A stretch of DNA of 64,000 nt from Tubulanus polymorphus (Eukaryota; Animalia; Nemertea): the NCBI RefSeq assembly GCF_964204645.1, contig NC_134029.1:20640950-20704949 (forward strand). Reading direction: 5' to 3'. The first letter of the stretch is position 1. Every line of letters begins with the position of its first letter. The position numbers were made by a program, and so were the translations under genes. The notes under the pieces are model-generated. The model was not told where the DNA came from. It searched no databases and saw only the letters and a list, made by a program, of their open reading frames with translations. This document shows, piece by piece, positions 28,501 to 40,294 of the stretch.

Positions 28501-30362
28501 ATCCGTTGTCACACGGAGATGTTTTGAAACTGGGCAGTACTCAATTCGACGTTCATATTCATCCCGGAACTGAAACATGCGCCGACTGCGAGCCGGGACA
28601 AGTCATGGCGAAACTCAAAGACATGAAAGGTATGTGTGTGTGTTTAATAGGAGGATTGATTATTTCATTTTGATTAGTTTTCTTTCATAAGGGAAACTTT
28701 ATATTTCAGACTCAAATGAGGAGCGTGCAGCCAATTTGAATCGAGAAGTTTTACGTCGAAAACAACTGAAACAGATTAAAAAGAAATTCGGTTTAGAGGT
28801 TCGTATTGTATTCTCACATTAACCCTTTCAGTGCTGACTAATTAATACCCTATAGTGTTGGAGATAATTTGAAAATTTTAAGAAATTCCACCCTAGTGTG
28901 TTGAATAACGGGAATACCACTGTAGCGCATCTACACCGCGGCGCAGTGTATCGTTAGTTACTAGTATTTCACTATGTTTGACAGGTGCTGCCATTTTTCA
29001 AGAGAGATAATTACTAATTACATCAATACACCGTAGTGCGGTGTACTAGCAAAATCTATCACTGATTTATACACCGCATTGCGGTGTAGACGCACTGAAA
29101 GGGTTAAAGATTCGTTTATATATTCTAATTAGTGCGATGTGATCCATTATCTCGATACATGTCTCGTTTATAGAATATGGCGTATGTCGATAATCCGAAC
29201 GCAATTAATACGAAAGATTACAACGATAAAGCAGCGGAACGACGGAATACGGTCGGTAGCGATAACCCTTATCAGAAATCAGAAGCTCCTGCCTCGGTTC
29301 ATAAGTAAGTTATTATACTGTGTACCTCAACTAAAATATGATAATTTGTCCCCCGCTTTAGGTTTGGTCAGCGGCAAAGAAATTCGAAAATGTGAATTTT
29401 AACTTAGATAATGCTGTCCATTGTACACGGTTCCCACTGAACAGGCAGGGAAATTGGGAAAAACTTGGGAATTTTGAAATGATAATTCCCAGTTTGGAAA
29501 TATTTGGGAATTTGAAAAAAAATTTCCTCAAATCAGTGAAATATTTGGGAAAATTTCATTTCACATGTTGCATTTGCCAAGGGAAACTCTCTTCAGAGAT
29601 TTCTCTTGAAAATCACCTTTACCAACCAGTCACCATTTAAGACGTGTTGACTTTTGCATGATTATATCCGTTCATTTCCATTTGGGAAAATTGAAAAATC
29701 GCCCATGAAAAACTTGGGAAAAACCTTGGAATTTTCAATTCACGTAACAATGATTGTATAATAAACTCAACTCGATTTGAATGTCAATTAACTTATTATT
29801 GATTTCTTGTGTCTTCACTTTCAGAGCCATCTCTCAAACTAATAAGGGTCATAAGATGTTACAGAAGTTAGGTTGGAAGGAAGGAGAAAGTTTGGGCAAA
29901 TCTCAAACCGGCATTAGTGAACCGGTAAGTGTTTTGCATTTGGATTAATGACAATATTGACTTAACCAAGACTTGAGCGTGATTTTCAGCGTTATCTGTG
30001 TTTACTTTATAGACAATTTGTTTTTGGTTAATATTTTCGATGCGCAACAAATTTCGTTATTGAATGTATCGATGCAAATATCCATTTCGTTAAAATCAGT
30101 TTGATTTTTTGTCGGCGATTTTTTCCAGGTTCAAGTAAATATGCGAGTAAACCAACAAGCGGGCCTCGGCTCTTCGCACAGTCAGGCCATTTCGCTGGAC
30201 AACGTCGGTTCGGGCCAATCGACGAGGAAAATGCAACAATGGTCGAAGGCGCGAGAACGTTTCGATCGGATTAATTCAGAACAAACGACTTCGGATCCGA
30301 CGACGAACGATGATAACTGGATCAGCGGTGGAACTGTTCAAGATGACATTACAACGAAATAA
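22584..30362 (+). CDS. AGGF1: Angiogenic factor with G-patch and FHA domains 1
   Basis: N-terminal coiled coil; SIADSLKAAAEEA then OCRE (GFVYDSQSSMYYDYNSGYYYD); Arg/Lys/Ser-rich linker with LEEGELSD; FHA (PCIRLMV..TIGRE..VSKAHAEL..SQNG); HIHPGTETCADCEPGQV; G-patch NKGHKMLQKLGWKEGESLG; WSKARERF. About 12 exons, stop 30360-30362. Confidence 0.95.
24547..24823 (-). mobile_element. piggyBac-type MITE, diverged copy, inverted relative to 28823-29103
   Basis: TTAA on the left, TGAA on the right; reverse complement of the 28.8-kb element including tacaccgc-N-gcggtgta palindromes. Confidence 0.7.
28823..29103 (+). mobile_element. piggyBac-type MITE (281 bp) with intact TIRs and TTAA target-site duplication
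   Basis: TTAA|CCCTTTCAGTGC ... GCACTGAAAGGG|TTAA; CCC/GGG termini with TTAA TSD are the piggyBac signature; no coding capacity. Confidence 0.85.
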
Positions 30363-31624
30363 TCTTTGAACTTTTTAAGAGCTGATATATTGTATTTGTA
30401 ATTTATGTTTATATGATTAAATGGTGCTCTATATTTGTAATAAAAAGCATTTGTTTGAATTCTGTAGTTATATTGTATTATATTGGGCTGTTGGTTTGGA
30501 TTTCGAAAGGATTTTTTCAAGATTGTTTGGCTGATATATGGAGCAATTCAAATCTATTTCACGCTAAACGTCTGCACGATCTTCATGAGAAAGTTATTGA
30601 TTGTGTCAAGCGAAATATCTCGATCCCCTTTTCTGAACTAATGCCTCTGAAAATCACTGATGAAACGTTCAATGTATTCCACCCGACATTGATCAATGCC
30701 GAAAGTCCTCAATATTCCTTTAAATCCACTTCTTCCACACCCCTCACTGGGACACCTGCCACGATTATAAAACGCCCTTTTCATGCGAGGTGAACTTCTT
30801 CCAGCCTGGATCTACCCTTTATGCGTCTGAGGATTGAGAATGACGCATTTAAACTGGAAGCAGACACGCCCTAGCTCCTGACACGTCCCTATCTAGAAGA
30901 CTAAATGGAAAGTTTAAACGATGAAAATTAGACGCATTAAAAATATGAAAGTACTCGCCTTTGTACGTGACGGTGTAAACGAATAAAAATACTCGGTCCA
31001 AAACGAAAACAATGCGCTATTTTGATATTATCAATATAGTTTTATCACGGAGATATTGTCGAGTGTTTTGAGCCGCTTTGCTCCGGTGTTCGGTTATCAC
31101 CGTAGATCAGGTACAACCATGTTTTTAGATTCATGGTTTACCGTGTACTTACCACGCGCGCGTGTGATCTTATCGACTTTGTAAATCGCCACTCGAAAAT
31201 TCCACGACCGAAGTTCAGACGCGGGAACCGGTTTCTTGGCGTACTCTTCACCTCCACGAATATTCGCCGGATATTTCCAGCTCGAGCTGAAATATCACCG
31301 CAAACGATCGTAATTTTCGCAGATCAAATTTCGCTGGGCGTTTATAATGAAATTTACTATTCTATCACAGTATACCCAAAATTTCTAGACGCTGACATAA
31401 TACTTTGGCAACGGCTTAAAACTTGAAGTAGTTGCATTCGGCGGAAACAGCTCACGAATATTTTCTGAAGAACATAAATAAATGTCCATGATTAGAATGA
31501 TACGTAAATTTGGCATGAGTTGATATCCGGATGACAAGCTACGTAGAATGTGATCGAGTCGTGTATAAATTGTTTCGAAATTGAAAACTAGCTTTATTCT
31601 ATATTTAGGAGCGTTTATAATAAG

Positions 31625-34600
31625 ATGGAACCAGATTACGAGAGAATTTTGAGTTGTTCAGCGGATGAATCAACGGCTATAATGTTTTACTCGTCCACCA
31701 ACCAGAAAACAGCAGTTCCGCCTAATACTGTTGTCGGTGATGTGGAAAAGGAAGGCGGATACGACGGTGGTGGAAACGAGGAACCTCCAAAATTGCGGTA
31801 TAAAATACCCAGTGCGGATGATAAATCTTCAGATGAAGGTACGCTGAAGCTTAAAGAAATGAAAACGTATCATAAAGAATTCTAAAAGCCGAAATATGAT
31901 GAAGAATTTATGAAGCAGCATAGCGTCAAACTTATTTTGTGCTATGACTAAATCTATCAAAAAATATTCTATTTTTCGTAACAGTTGAAAATGAAAGTCT
32001 TACAAGCGGTAGTAAATTCAACTGGGTTAAAGACGAATTGAAAGAAACACTTAAATTGGCTTGTCCAATGGTAATATAATTGATGTTTACCGATATATGA
32101 ATATTTACTTTGTCTTGTTAACTTTGTCAATGAGCCACGACCAGGTGTATCAATTCATGGTAATACTGATTTAGATAAAAAATTGATATCTAATTTCTTT
32201 TCCCATCTAGACATTGTCTTTCATATTTGGCTTACTAACGAGTACAGTCAGTATGATATTTTGCGGTCACTTGGGCACAACGGACCTTGCTGCACTCGGG
32301 CTAGCCACTTCGGTACGTGGCAGTTTTATACAATACAAAGCTGATAAATAAATCGTTTTCACCATAATCAATTTTTCCGACTGTAAGTTTTGACAAATTA
32401 TCTTCTTATCGACGCCTTTTTAGTTCGTAAACATCACTGGATATGCGGTTGGCTCAGGACTCGCCTCAGCATGTGATACGCTGTTTTCTCAGGTAAAATC
32501 TGAGAGATTATCTTAAATGTACCAGCTAGAGATAGACACTGTGAAACCAACGATAAAAGATTTTTGTTTTTAATATTGATATATTTCCTTAATCAAATTG
32601 ACACCAGCTGGTTGATTTTTGTTTGTTATAGACCTACGGGAGCGGTAACAAGAAAAATGTAGGCATCCACCTTCAGAAATGTGAGTCGACATCAGACACG
32701 CTAAAGAAAAATTGAGCATGACATAATCAATATCAACTTATAACGGTTGCATATGTCGTTATTTTCTTTTTTTTATATTTCAGCTCTGATGATTATGTTT
32801 TTGTACAGTTTCCCAGTAATGGCTATAGTGATGAATTCCGAACAGCTTTTTAATCTACTCGGCCAGGGTACAGTTATCTCAAAGTAAGAAAACGATATAT
32901 CATTTCACTTTCACTTTTAGTTATCTATCTAGACTTTATCAAAACTAACCTAGCACTCTTTAAACGAAAAAAAAATTATTCTTTTAAGATTGGCCGGTGA
33001 CTATTTGATGATCTATTTGCCCGGAATTATTGTAAGTTCATATGATAAAATTCAATTTGCAATTAAATCATCTTTGTGTGAAGAATGTGTAAGCTTATGC
33101 ATTTGATCAGCAAAGATATCAAAAAGCAAATGGTGGCTTTGAAAAAGATGCATCGAACTCAAAAAAGAAACACGATTTACTACAATTTACCTTCTTTGCA
33201 GGGAACATTTATGTATCTAGTACTGACGAAATATTTGATGAATCAGAACATAGTAACTCCACTCATAGTTATCGGAATATTTTCTAATATCATCAACGCT
33301 ATCCTGCAATATGTTCTTGTTCTCGTTTATGAGATGGGAATAAGGTACGTATTATGTATCTGAAAAAAGTAGCATACACGAGTATTTTTACGCAAAAGTC
33401 AAGACCTATAAACACTTTGTCAACTGAATTCGTTCGTAAGTGTACAACCATAAGTTTTATGAAACAAATTATACATCGGCTTGACTGTAAACCCGAATTG
33501 CAGATTCGTCGATCAAATAAAGATAGATCAGAGTTAAGAAAATCTGACCGCGTGTGATACCATCGATCACCAGGGCTTTTATCTTCACATCAGTCACTTA
33601 TTTCTTGATGAATTAATTAGGATAAATCAGTTATACATGAATTGACAATGACGCAATTTTTTCAGGGGTTCCGCAGCCTCAGTAACAATCACATATTGCT
33701 GTATGCCCATTTTCATCGTCATATACGTCGTAGCATCCGGAGTTTACAAAGAAACGTGGCCAGGTGAGGTTAGAATATATTTTGAAATTATCTGGATTCA
33801 GAAGTTTCTCAAGATTCTTCCGACGCTTTGAGCGCTGTAAAAACGTGTTTTTTCGTCATATCAATATTTTCATTACTTGATTCGTTTTTCGTTTTGTTGC
33901 AGGCTGGAGCAAGGAATCTCTGTTTGATTGGTGGACGTTTAATTGTTACGCTATACCCGGCATGTTCATGGTCATACTGGAATGGTCAGCGTTTGAAATT
34001 TCTATTTTTGTGGCAGGTAAAATATTGATTCGCATTGCCTAATCGAATTGCAGGTACTAAGACGGGGTAGGTCTCGGGGTAGGTCTGCGACCCCTCCCCG
34101 ACAAAAAACTATTCACCAGAAGAATGATGGTTATTTATTTACAGGTTGGCTTGGTGAAATTGACTTATCCGGTCAGTCGATTATCTACCAGATCGCTGTC
34201 TATGCGTACTATGTAAGTATCTTTCTGTAAGTGTTCTGTTTGGGGATATCTTCTTGATTAATTGGGCCTTATGTATCGTAGTTGGTAAATGGGGTTTGTG
34301 AGGTCCGAAGAAGATCTCTAATGAAACAGTCCGCATTCTCAAATATCTTAACAGTTTATGATAATGATTCCAATAGTTATGCTGATGAATAGGTTCGTTC
34401 GATCCGATAATAATCTTTTCAACTGGAACAGATATGTCATTTCTCTCTTTTTGAATATATATATATATATAGATATTTTATGGTGTTTCGGTGGCTGGAG
34501 GTGTTAGGGTAGGCCAACACCTCGGTGCAGGGAATACCCGCGGAGCGGCGAGGGCTAGTCGTGTAGCTGGAATCATTGCCGGTACGTATATACTGGCTAT

Positions 34601-36231
34601 TCGTTAAAATCGGAAATCGTCGAATTCTTCTAGAAAGATTCATACATTGTATTGTGGTTGCTCAACTATGCGCATCAAGAGCATGTGAAACATATTTGTT
34701 TATTTCAAATTTTCAATTTTTAAATGTGTATATTATCATTTCAGTCATGCTCAGTGTAACTACCACCGCAATTTTGTTCAGCATGAATTCAATTTTGCCA
34801 GAAATATTCACTAGCGATCAGTAAGTGTAAACTGAGGTCTCTAACCGCAGTAAGATATAGATTCGTTGGTTTTGTGTAATGCATGTTACAATTTTGCGAA
34901 ATTCTCTGATATATCTACATTTTCCCGATAGATTATTACGAATCGAATTTCTCAATCTTTTATCAGGGAAGTGATAGAATTATCGTCATGGTTATTGAAG
35001 TTAGTGGCCGCTTATCAGTTCATTAATTGCTTCGGTGTAAGTAAATGTACTCCAGATTATTTATCTTTTGGCAGAATATTTGTGAGCCCTACCGTGTTCT
35101 GTTTTTAGATAACACGCACCTGCACTGAATTTGTTTGTCAAATTGTTTATCAAATCGAGAAGGATAAATACAATCATTGCCGACAAGACTTTCTATAGTG
35201 CTTGTTAGAAAATTCTATCTCAATGCACATTTTAAAGCGGCTGTTTCGAGCCATGCTGACTTTTTTCCACTAAGAAAAATATGAAAACAGATTTAATAGC
35301 GAGAAAACAAATTTTGCAGCGAGAAAACAAAAATTACCGCGAGAAATTAAATCTTTTAGCGCGAGAAAACAGATGATTAAATTGTGTTTAAAAAAACTCA
35401 TTGCAATTACTTTACAGATTGTTTATTCTGGAATATTGCGAGGATGCGGATGGCAGAACGTGGGCGCCGTTACTTTCTTTGTTTCATTCTACTGCATATC
35501 ATTTCCCATAGGAATTCCGTTAATGGTACTTACGCCATTAAGAGTGAGCGGTATGTCCGTCATAGGCCTTTAACAAACCTACCTATCTGAAATTCGGAAG
35601 AAAAATGGTGGGCGGTATAAAGACGGATTATCCTGTAATTTACGAATGAATATTTTCAGGTTATTGGTACGGCCAGATTGTCGGTGAAAGTGTTTGTTCC
35701 GCACTATTTCTATTTCTGGTGTTCAGAATGAACTGGGAAAAAGAGTCTGAAAAGGTATTTTCCGAAGAATAATTCGCCCGTATTACATATTGATTGATCG
35801 GCTTTTTGAATCAATAGGCCTAATTGATTTAAAGCTTATAGATACCAATATCTTTCTATTTCAGACATCCAAACGAATTCAAATCGAAGCAGCGACGAAA
35901 GAAGATGGAAACGGAGACGAAGAGAGCACGCGTAGGTTACGTAAATTCAAAGGCGATCCTATTTTAGATTGCCCATGCTTCCAAATTAAGCCTAGACGAT
36001 TGTTCCGATAATTCTGTTATCTATTTCGATTCTACAGCTTTACTCGGTGGTGACAAATCTGCTACGTTAACGAGCGGAATACTGTGCAAAAGACTCGTGT
36101 TCGTGCTCGTGGCATCGTCCGTCATGGTTGCTGGGAGTTTGACCAAAATCCTTCTGCCCGAACCGGCGAACTTTTATCCATGTTCCGGTAATTCGACCAT
36201 CATCATGAACTGTACTTCGAACATGATGTAA
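31625..36231 (+). CDS. SLC47A1: Multidrug and toxin extrusion (MATE/SLC47) transporter
   Basis: Many small exons encoding ELKETLKLACP, FCGHLGTTDLAA, NITGYAVGSGLASACDTLFSQTYGSGN, RVGQHLGAG, SGILRGCGWQNVGA, FRMNWEKESEK, plus an extra C-terminal TM helix; stop TAA 36229-36231. Confidence 0.93.
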
Positions 36232-36751
36232 GGCGCTCTTTTACCTGACACTCAGACCGGTGTTCTGGATTTTCCGCCCTATTTTACTTTTACAAGATCC
36301 ATTAAAATATCAGCTATATCTCATGTCGGTGATGGTATTTTTTCGTTTTGTGTACGTACCGTATTAATGATATTTATGAGTTGTAAGTTTAGAAATGTAT
36401 AAGTTTACTTGAAAAATTCATCACCTATTACGATTTATGATTCAACATAAACTTTGCGACATATCATAAACGCCCATCGTCTACTTATACAAAATGTATA
36501 AATGTATAAATTTCTATGCGCTGTGTTCATTTGTTTTCAATAAAATGGTTGTTATTTTTCAAATGCCTGTTTCATCAGAGTTGCTTCTAAAAGTTTTAGA
36601 GTCAGCTCTAGAGAGGCCGTAAACCGGGGCCGTAAACGAAAGGAGCTAGGAATCTTAAACGAGTCCGTAATTCGAAATGATGGGAGATATTTGCAGCGAG
36701 CTAATCAAAAGCTATTCGCACGCCGCCGGGGCTAGCCCACGGTTTAGCGGA

Positions 36752-36891
36752 TGAACTAATGCACCGCGGCACGAGGGCCCTGACACAAAAAGTTTGACCG
36801 GCCAAATCCTATAGAAATGCTAGGACACTGGAGTCAAACACAGCTGTGTCAGGCTCGGGCCCTGTGCACCGGGGTAGCTCCGAGTAGTTCA
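36752..36891. repeat. 140-nt nested imperfect palindrome (rod-like hairpin)
   Basis: Nested arms TGAACTA/TAGTTCA, GCAC-GA-GGGCCC/GGGCCC-T-GTGC, CTGACACA/TGTGTCAG, GTTTGAC/GTCAAAC, TCCTA/TAGGA. Confidence 0.75.
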
Positions 36892-36930
36892 AAACGATAC
36901 CTTATCGATTATCGAAAAGAGTTTTCAACG

Positions 36931-37085
36931 GTTCAAATTTATTTAGTTCAAGTTCAAATTTATTTCACGGAAAGCACAGACAGGCCGCACAGAGATAAAG
37001 AAAAACAGAGAATAAATTTACAATTTTCAAAACAAGCACAATTATAGAAAGAGAGAGAAGCAAACTGCCGCTGTCGCTGTCGCAA
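36931..37085 (-). mobile_element. Possible 3' end of a non-LTR retroelement
   Basis: Minus strand: pyrimidine-rich tract, then AATAAA followed by TTGAAC repeats, as in CR1/L2-group tails. Confidence 0.35.
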
Positions 37086-37193
37086 TGCAAAATTTTCGTA
37101 AATTTCAGGAGAGTTTATATGAGTGCTAGAAAGTTCAGCGGGAATGAGCAATTATAACAATTAGGGTTATTACATTGATGGATATCATTGTAG

Positions 37194-37250
37194 GCGTCCT
37201 CGCTTGCCAGGGTCTGATTATCTCAATTAAACCCTGGCGAGCGAGGATGC
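37194..37250. repeat. Short near-perfect palindromic element upstream of XPA
   Basis: 20-bp arms gcgtcctcgcttgccagggt / accctggcgagcgaggatgc around an AT-rich loop. Confidence 0.8.
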
Positions 37251-37397
37251 GGTAAATCCGCGAGCGTACGGTGCTGCCACTAAGTTTAGGTTAATAAGGA
37301 TCTACTAATAAGCTTCTCGAAGGTCGTCGGTCTGCCTGACAGCGAAATACCAAATCACAAATTAAATTGCATCGATTGATCAATCGATCTGATCGAG

Positions 37398-39589
37398 ATG
37401 GAAAAAGAGACACCTACTGAAGAACAGCCACTTACCGCTTCACAGAGAGCTAGAATAGAACGAAACCGACAGAAAGCACTGCTTCTGAGACAGGCTAGAA
37501 TAGCCAGTGAACCGTATCCTAAATCTAAACCAACAACAGCAGCAGGGCCAGGAGGAACAAAATCAACCGGCAGACAAACGAATAAAGTCGTAGATACTGG
37601 TGGTGGATTCCTGTTAGAGGAAGATGACGATGAAGATGCCAATTCTGAACCTGTGAAAATTGTGCATCCAGCAGGTACAGTATGTTTTGTCGCTTCGACA
37701 TAATAGACAATCAATCAGTCTTTACTATATTTAGTGATGATCTAGAATAACGTGAAGACCTACTGTAACCTGTCTGTGGTTTAGTTTCACAATCGTTGGC
37801 TCAGTAGTAAGCTACCTATGGGGATTCTATATTGGATTATTTGCATTTAGCCTATCTATTCGATTATCATTTTGTCATGCTGTATTGTGTGACATCACCT
37901 CTTAGCCTGGCACCTTGCAGTAAGGACAATATGCAACATCCATCCAGATGAATATGTTAGGAATCCCACAATTATTGCAATTAATTAACTTAATCATCTT
38001 TTGAATTTCATTCCAGCTCCTTTGATTGATCCGTCTGAATTGCTGTGCGAAGATTGTGGTTTGGCGTTTATTGAATCGCATCTCAATAATCACTTTGACG
38101 TTGATGTTTGCGATAAGTGCAAGTAAGTGTCCCCAACACTCATACTAACAAAATCACAGAAACCGGTTCTACAGTTCTGAGTTAATGCTTAATTCACAAT
38201 TGTGGAATAACGGGTTCACCATTTTCTAGAATTTTTAGGATGGATTACTTTGTGCAAAAGCCTCTCTGGATATTATAAGGATATCATAATTATTATCATA
38301 TTAGTACAATACAGAAAAAAAGATTAAAACCTCAAATATTCTTTTTTAGGGAAGAAAATGAGCATGACATGATTACAAAAACAGAGGCTAAAACAAAATA
38401 TTTACTGAAAGATGTAGATTTCGACACGAGAGAACCGCCTCTGAAGTTTATACTGAGAAAGAACCCTCGCGATCAACGATGGGGAAACATGAAATTATAT
38501 TTAGAATCTCAGGTAGAAAATCTTAACCAGTGACCGCTTCGGAAATTACTGCAAATCCTAAGACGAATTTATCGCTACGCACCCAATTTTCTTTCTCTAG
38601 AGTATTACCACGCCCTAAAGCGTGGTTAAAGCTCATGGATATAAGTGCTGAAAACCATATTTGAAACTAGTACATTTGTCGATTAATTTGCATTAAAGGT
38701 TAAATTCGCGCCCCCCAATCTTTTAGTAGTAGTCTGTCAACTCATTGTATGTAATATTAGGTAAAAGCCAGAGCAATTGAGGTTTGGGGAGATATGGAGA
38801 TGATAGAGGATGAAAAAGAAAAAAGATTGGAAAAACGCGAGGAAACGAAACAAAAGAAATACGATAAAAAAATAAAAGGTACGTCCCCTTATATTTGTGC
38901 ATATGCAATGGCCACCAAGCTGGTCATGATCGTGTGAATGTATGCGAGCATTCTTTATGTGGTACGACACTCGTAGTTTCATCAAGGTCCCTACGACTTC
39001 TTGATTCCTTAAAAAGAGAAAATGATTTCAAAGGTGCTTGAAGTGCTTTTAATTCGAACAAAATGCCCAAAACTCCTTCAATTTTGAGAAATAGGCAATT
39101 AGAAATTTTTGTAGACTACCCTTTAATTGATTGAGTTGGGGACCTGGATTTCTTTTTCATCCATTTAGTTATCGAATTAGAAACCAAGTTTAGTAGTGTC
39201 AACGATATAAATTTTGCTTATAAAATCATTGAATTGATGGTTAACTGAGATAAACAGTACCGATTTAGCAGTCTACAGAGATTGGGATATACAAGTGATG
39301 CAGGCGCTTCCTCAAAATTGGAAAAATGTCTCCTTACATATCCAGGAATGACTGTTCTGTGGGGACTGTTTGAACACCCGGTTATTATCATAGAAATCAA
39401 GCAATAGTTACTTTTCATCTCGCCATTTTTGTTGCAGATCTAAGGAGGCAAGTGCGCGGTAGTTTATGGAAGAAAGAATCGACCGTACACGAGCACGAGT
39501 ACGGAACTGAAACTTACGACGAAGAAGAAGATATTTACAGAAAGAAATGTTTAACGTGCGATCATACTTTGGAGTACGAGAAAATGTGA
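37398..39589 (+). CDS. XPA: DNA repair protein XPA
   Basis: [22 protein letters not shown]1-binding [11 protein letters not shown]4 zinc finger [50 protein letters not shown]. Exons 37398-37674, ~38016-38122, ~38350-38511, ~38761-38878, ~39438-39589. Confidence 0.97.
38983..39330 (+). mobile_element. Dispersed repeat shared between XPA intron 4 and ATG13 intron (~44689-45118)
   Basis: Both begin ca(a/g)ggtcccta and share tttcaaaggtgc, aactccttcaattttgagaa and aaccaagtttag; likely a non-autonomous DNA element. Confidence 0.6.
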
Positions 39590-40294
39590 TACTGACTCTC
39601 CTTTGACAAGGGTATACGTTCTCCAAGTTTAAACTGTGAAAGGAACATATAGACATAAGACTCAAAAATGTGTAAATCTTGAAGCGGGTTTCATTCGAAT
39701 ATTGTTGTATATAGTGATGTATACTTGTCTGATATATGTTTTTATGAATATAAGATATTGAGAATTTTTGATAAAATTTTCGTCCGCATTTTTAGTGATT
39801 AGGCAAGTCATTGGTGATTTCTGATTAAATTGTTCTTCTTCATGATCTGAGGGAAATCACTCAGTGAAATTGACTTGTCATATATTGTGATAAAGATGGT
39901 TCACAGTTTATTAACGTTTCATCGACGTTGAAAAATATAAATGAAGCACAAATAATTTATAATAAAAGACAAGGTTAAGGTTATAAGAATACGACCCTGA
40001 GCCTAATAAAATACCTTCAACTGTTATGTAAGTTATACCAGATTAATTTTGATGCCCTGGCAACGATATATCAATTAAAATCATTATTTAAAGGGTTTCC
40101 ATACTTTCGCTTAGATATACAAGTACACCGATGTAATTCGGTGATAACCCACCCTGGCAAGAAAAGGCTCGTAATCTTGAGTTGTTCCAGTTCACAAAAG
40201 ATATCGAATTTTCCCAATGCCATTCGTAATACCCTGAACTTCTAATCCCTGAATAATGATATTATTCATCAAACGGTACTATTTTGCACTAGAT

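Noticed and set aside
36596-37169. Telomerase RNA on the minus strand (TAACCCTAA at 37161-37169; AGAG-CTGA-CTCT near 36600)
   Set aside because: No U-rich/A-rich pseudoknot after the template-like 9-mer, the P6.1-like loop has 4 nt instead of the 5-nt NUNGN, no convincing H/ACA end, and the interval contains repeat-like DNA. A covariance-model search would settle it.
38597-38678. H/ACA-like element in XPA intron 3 (accacgc/gcgtggt hairpin, ATATAA, ACA)
   Set aside because: Too short (~80 nt) and no credible second hairpin.
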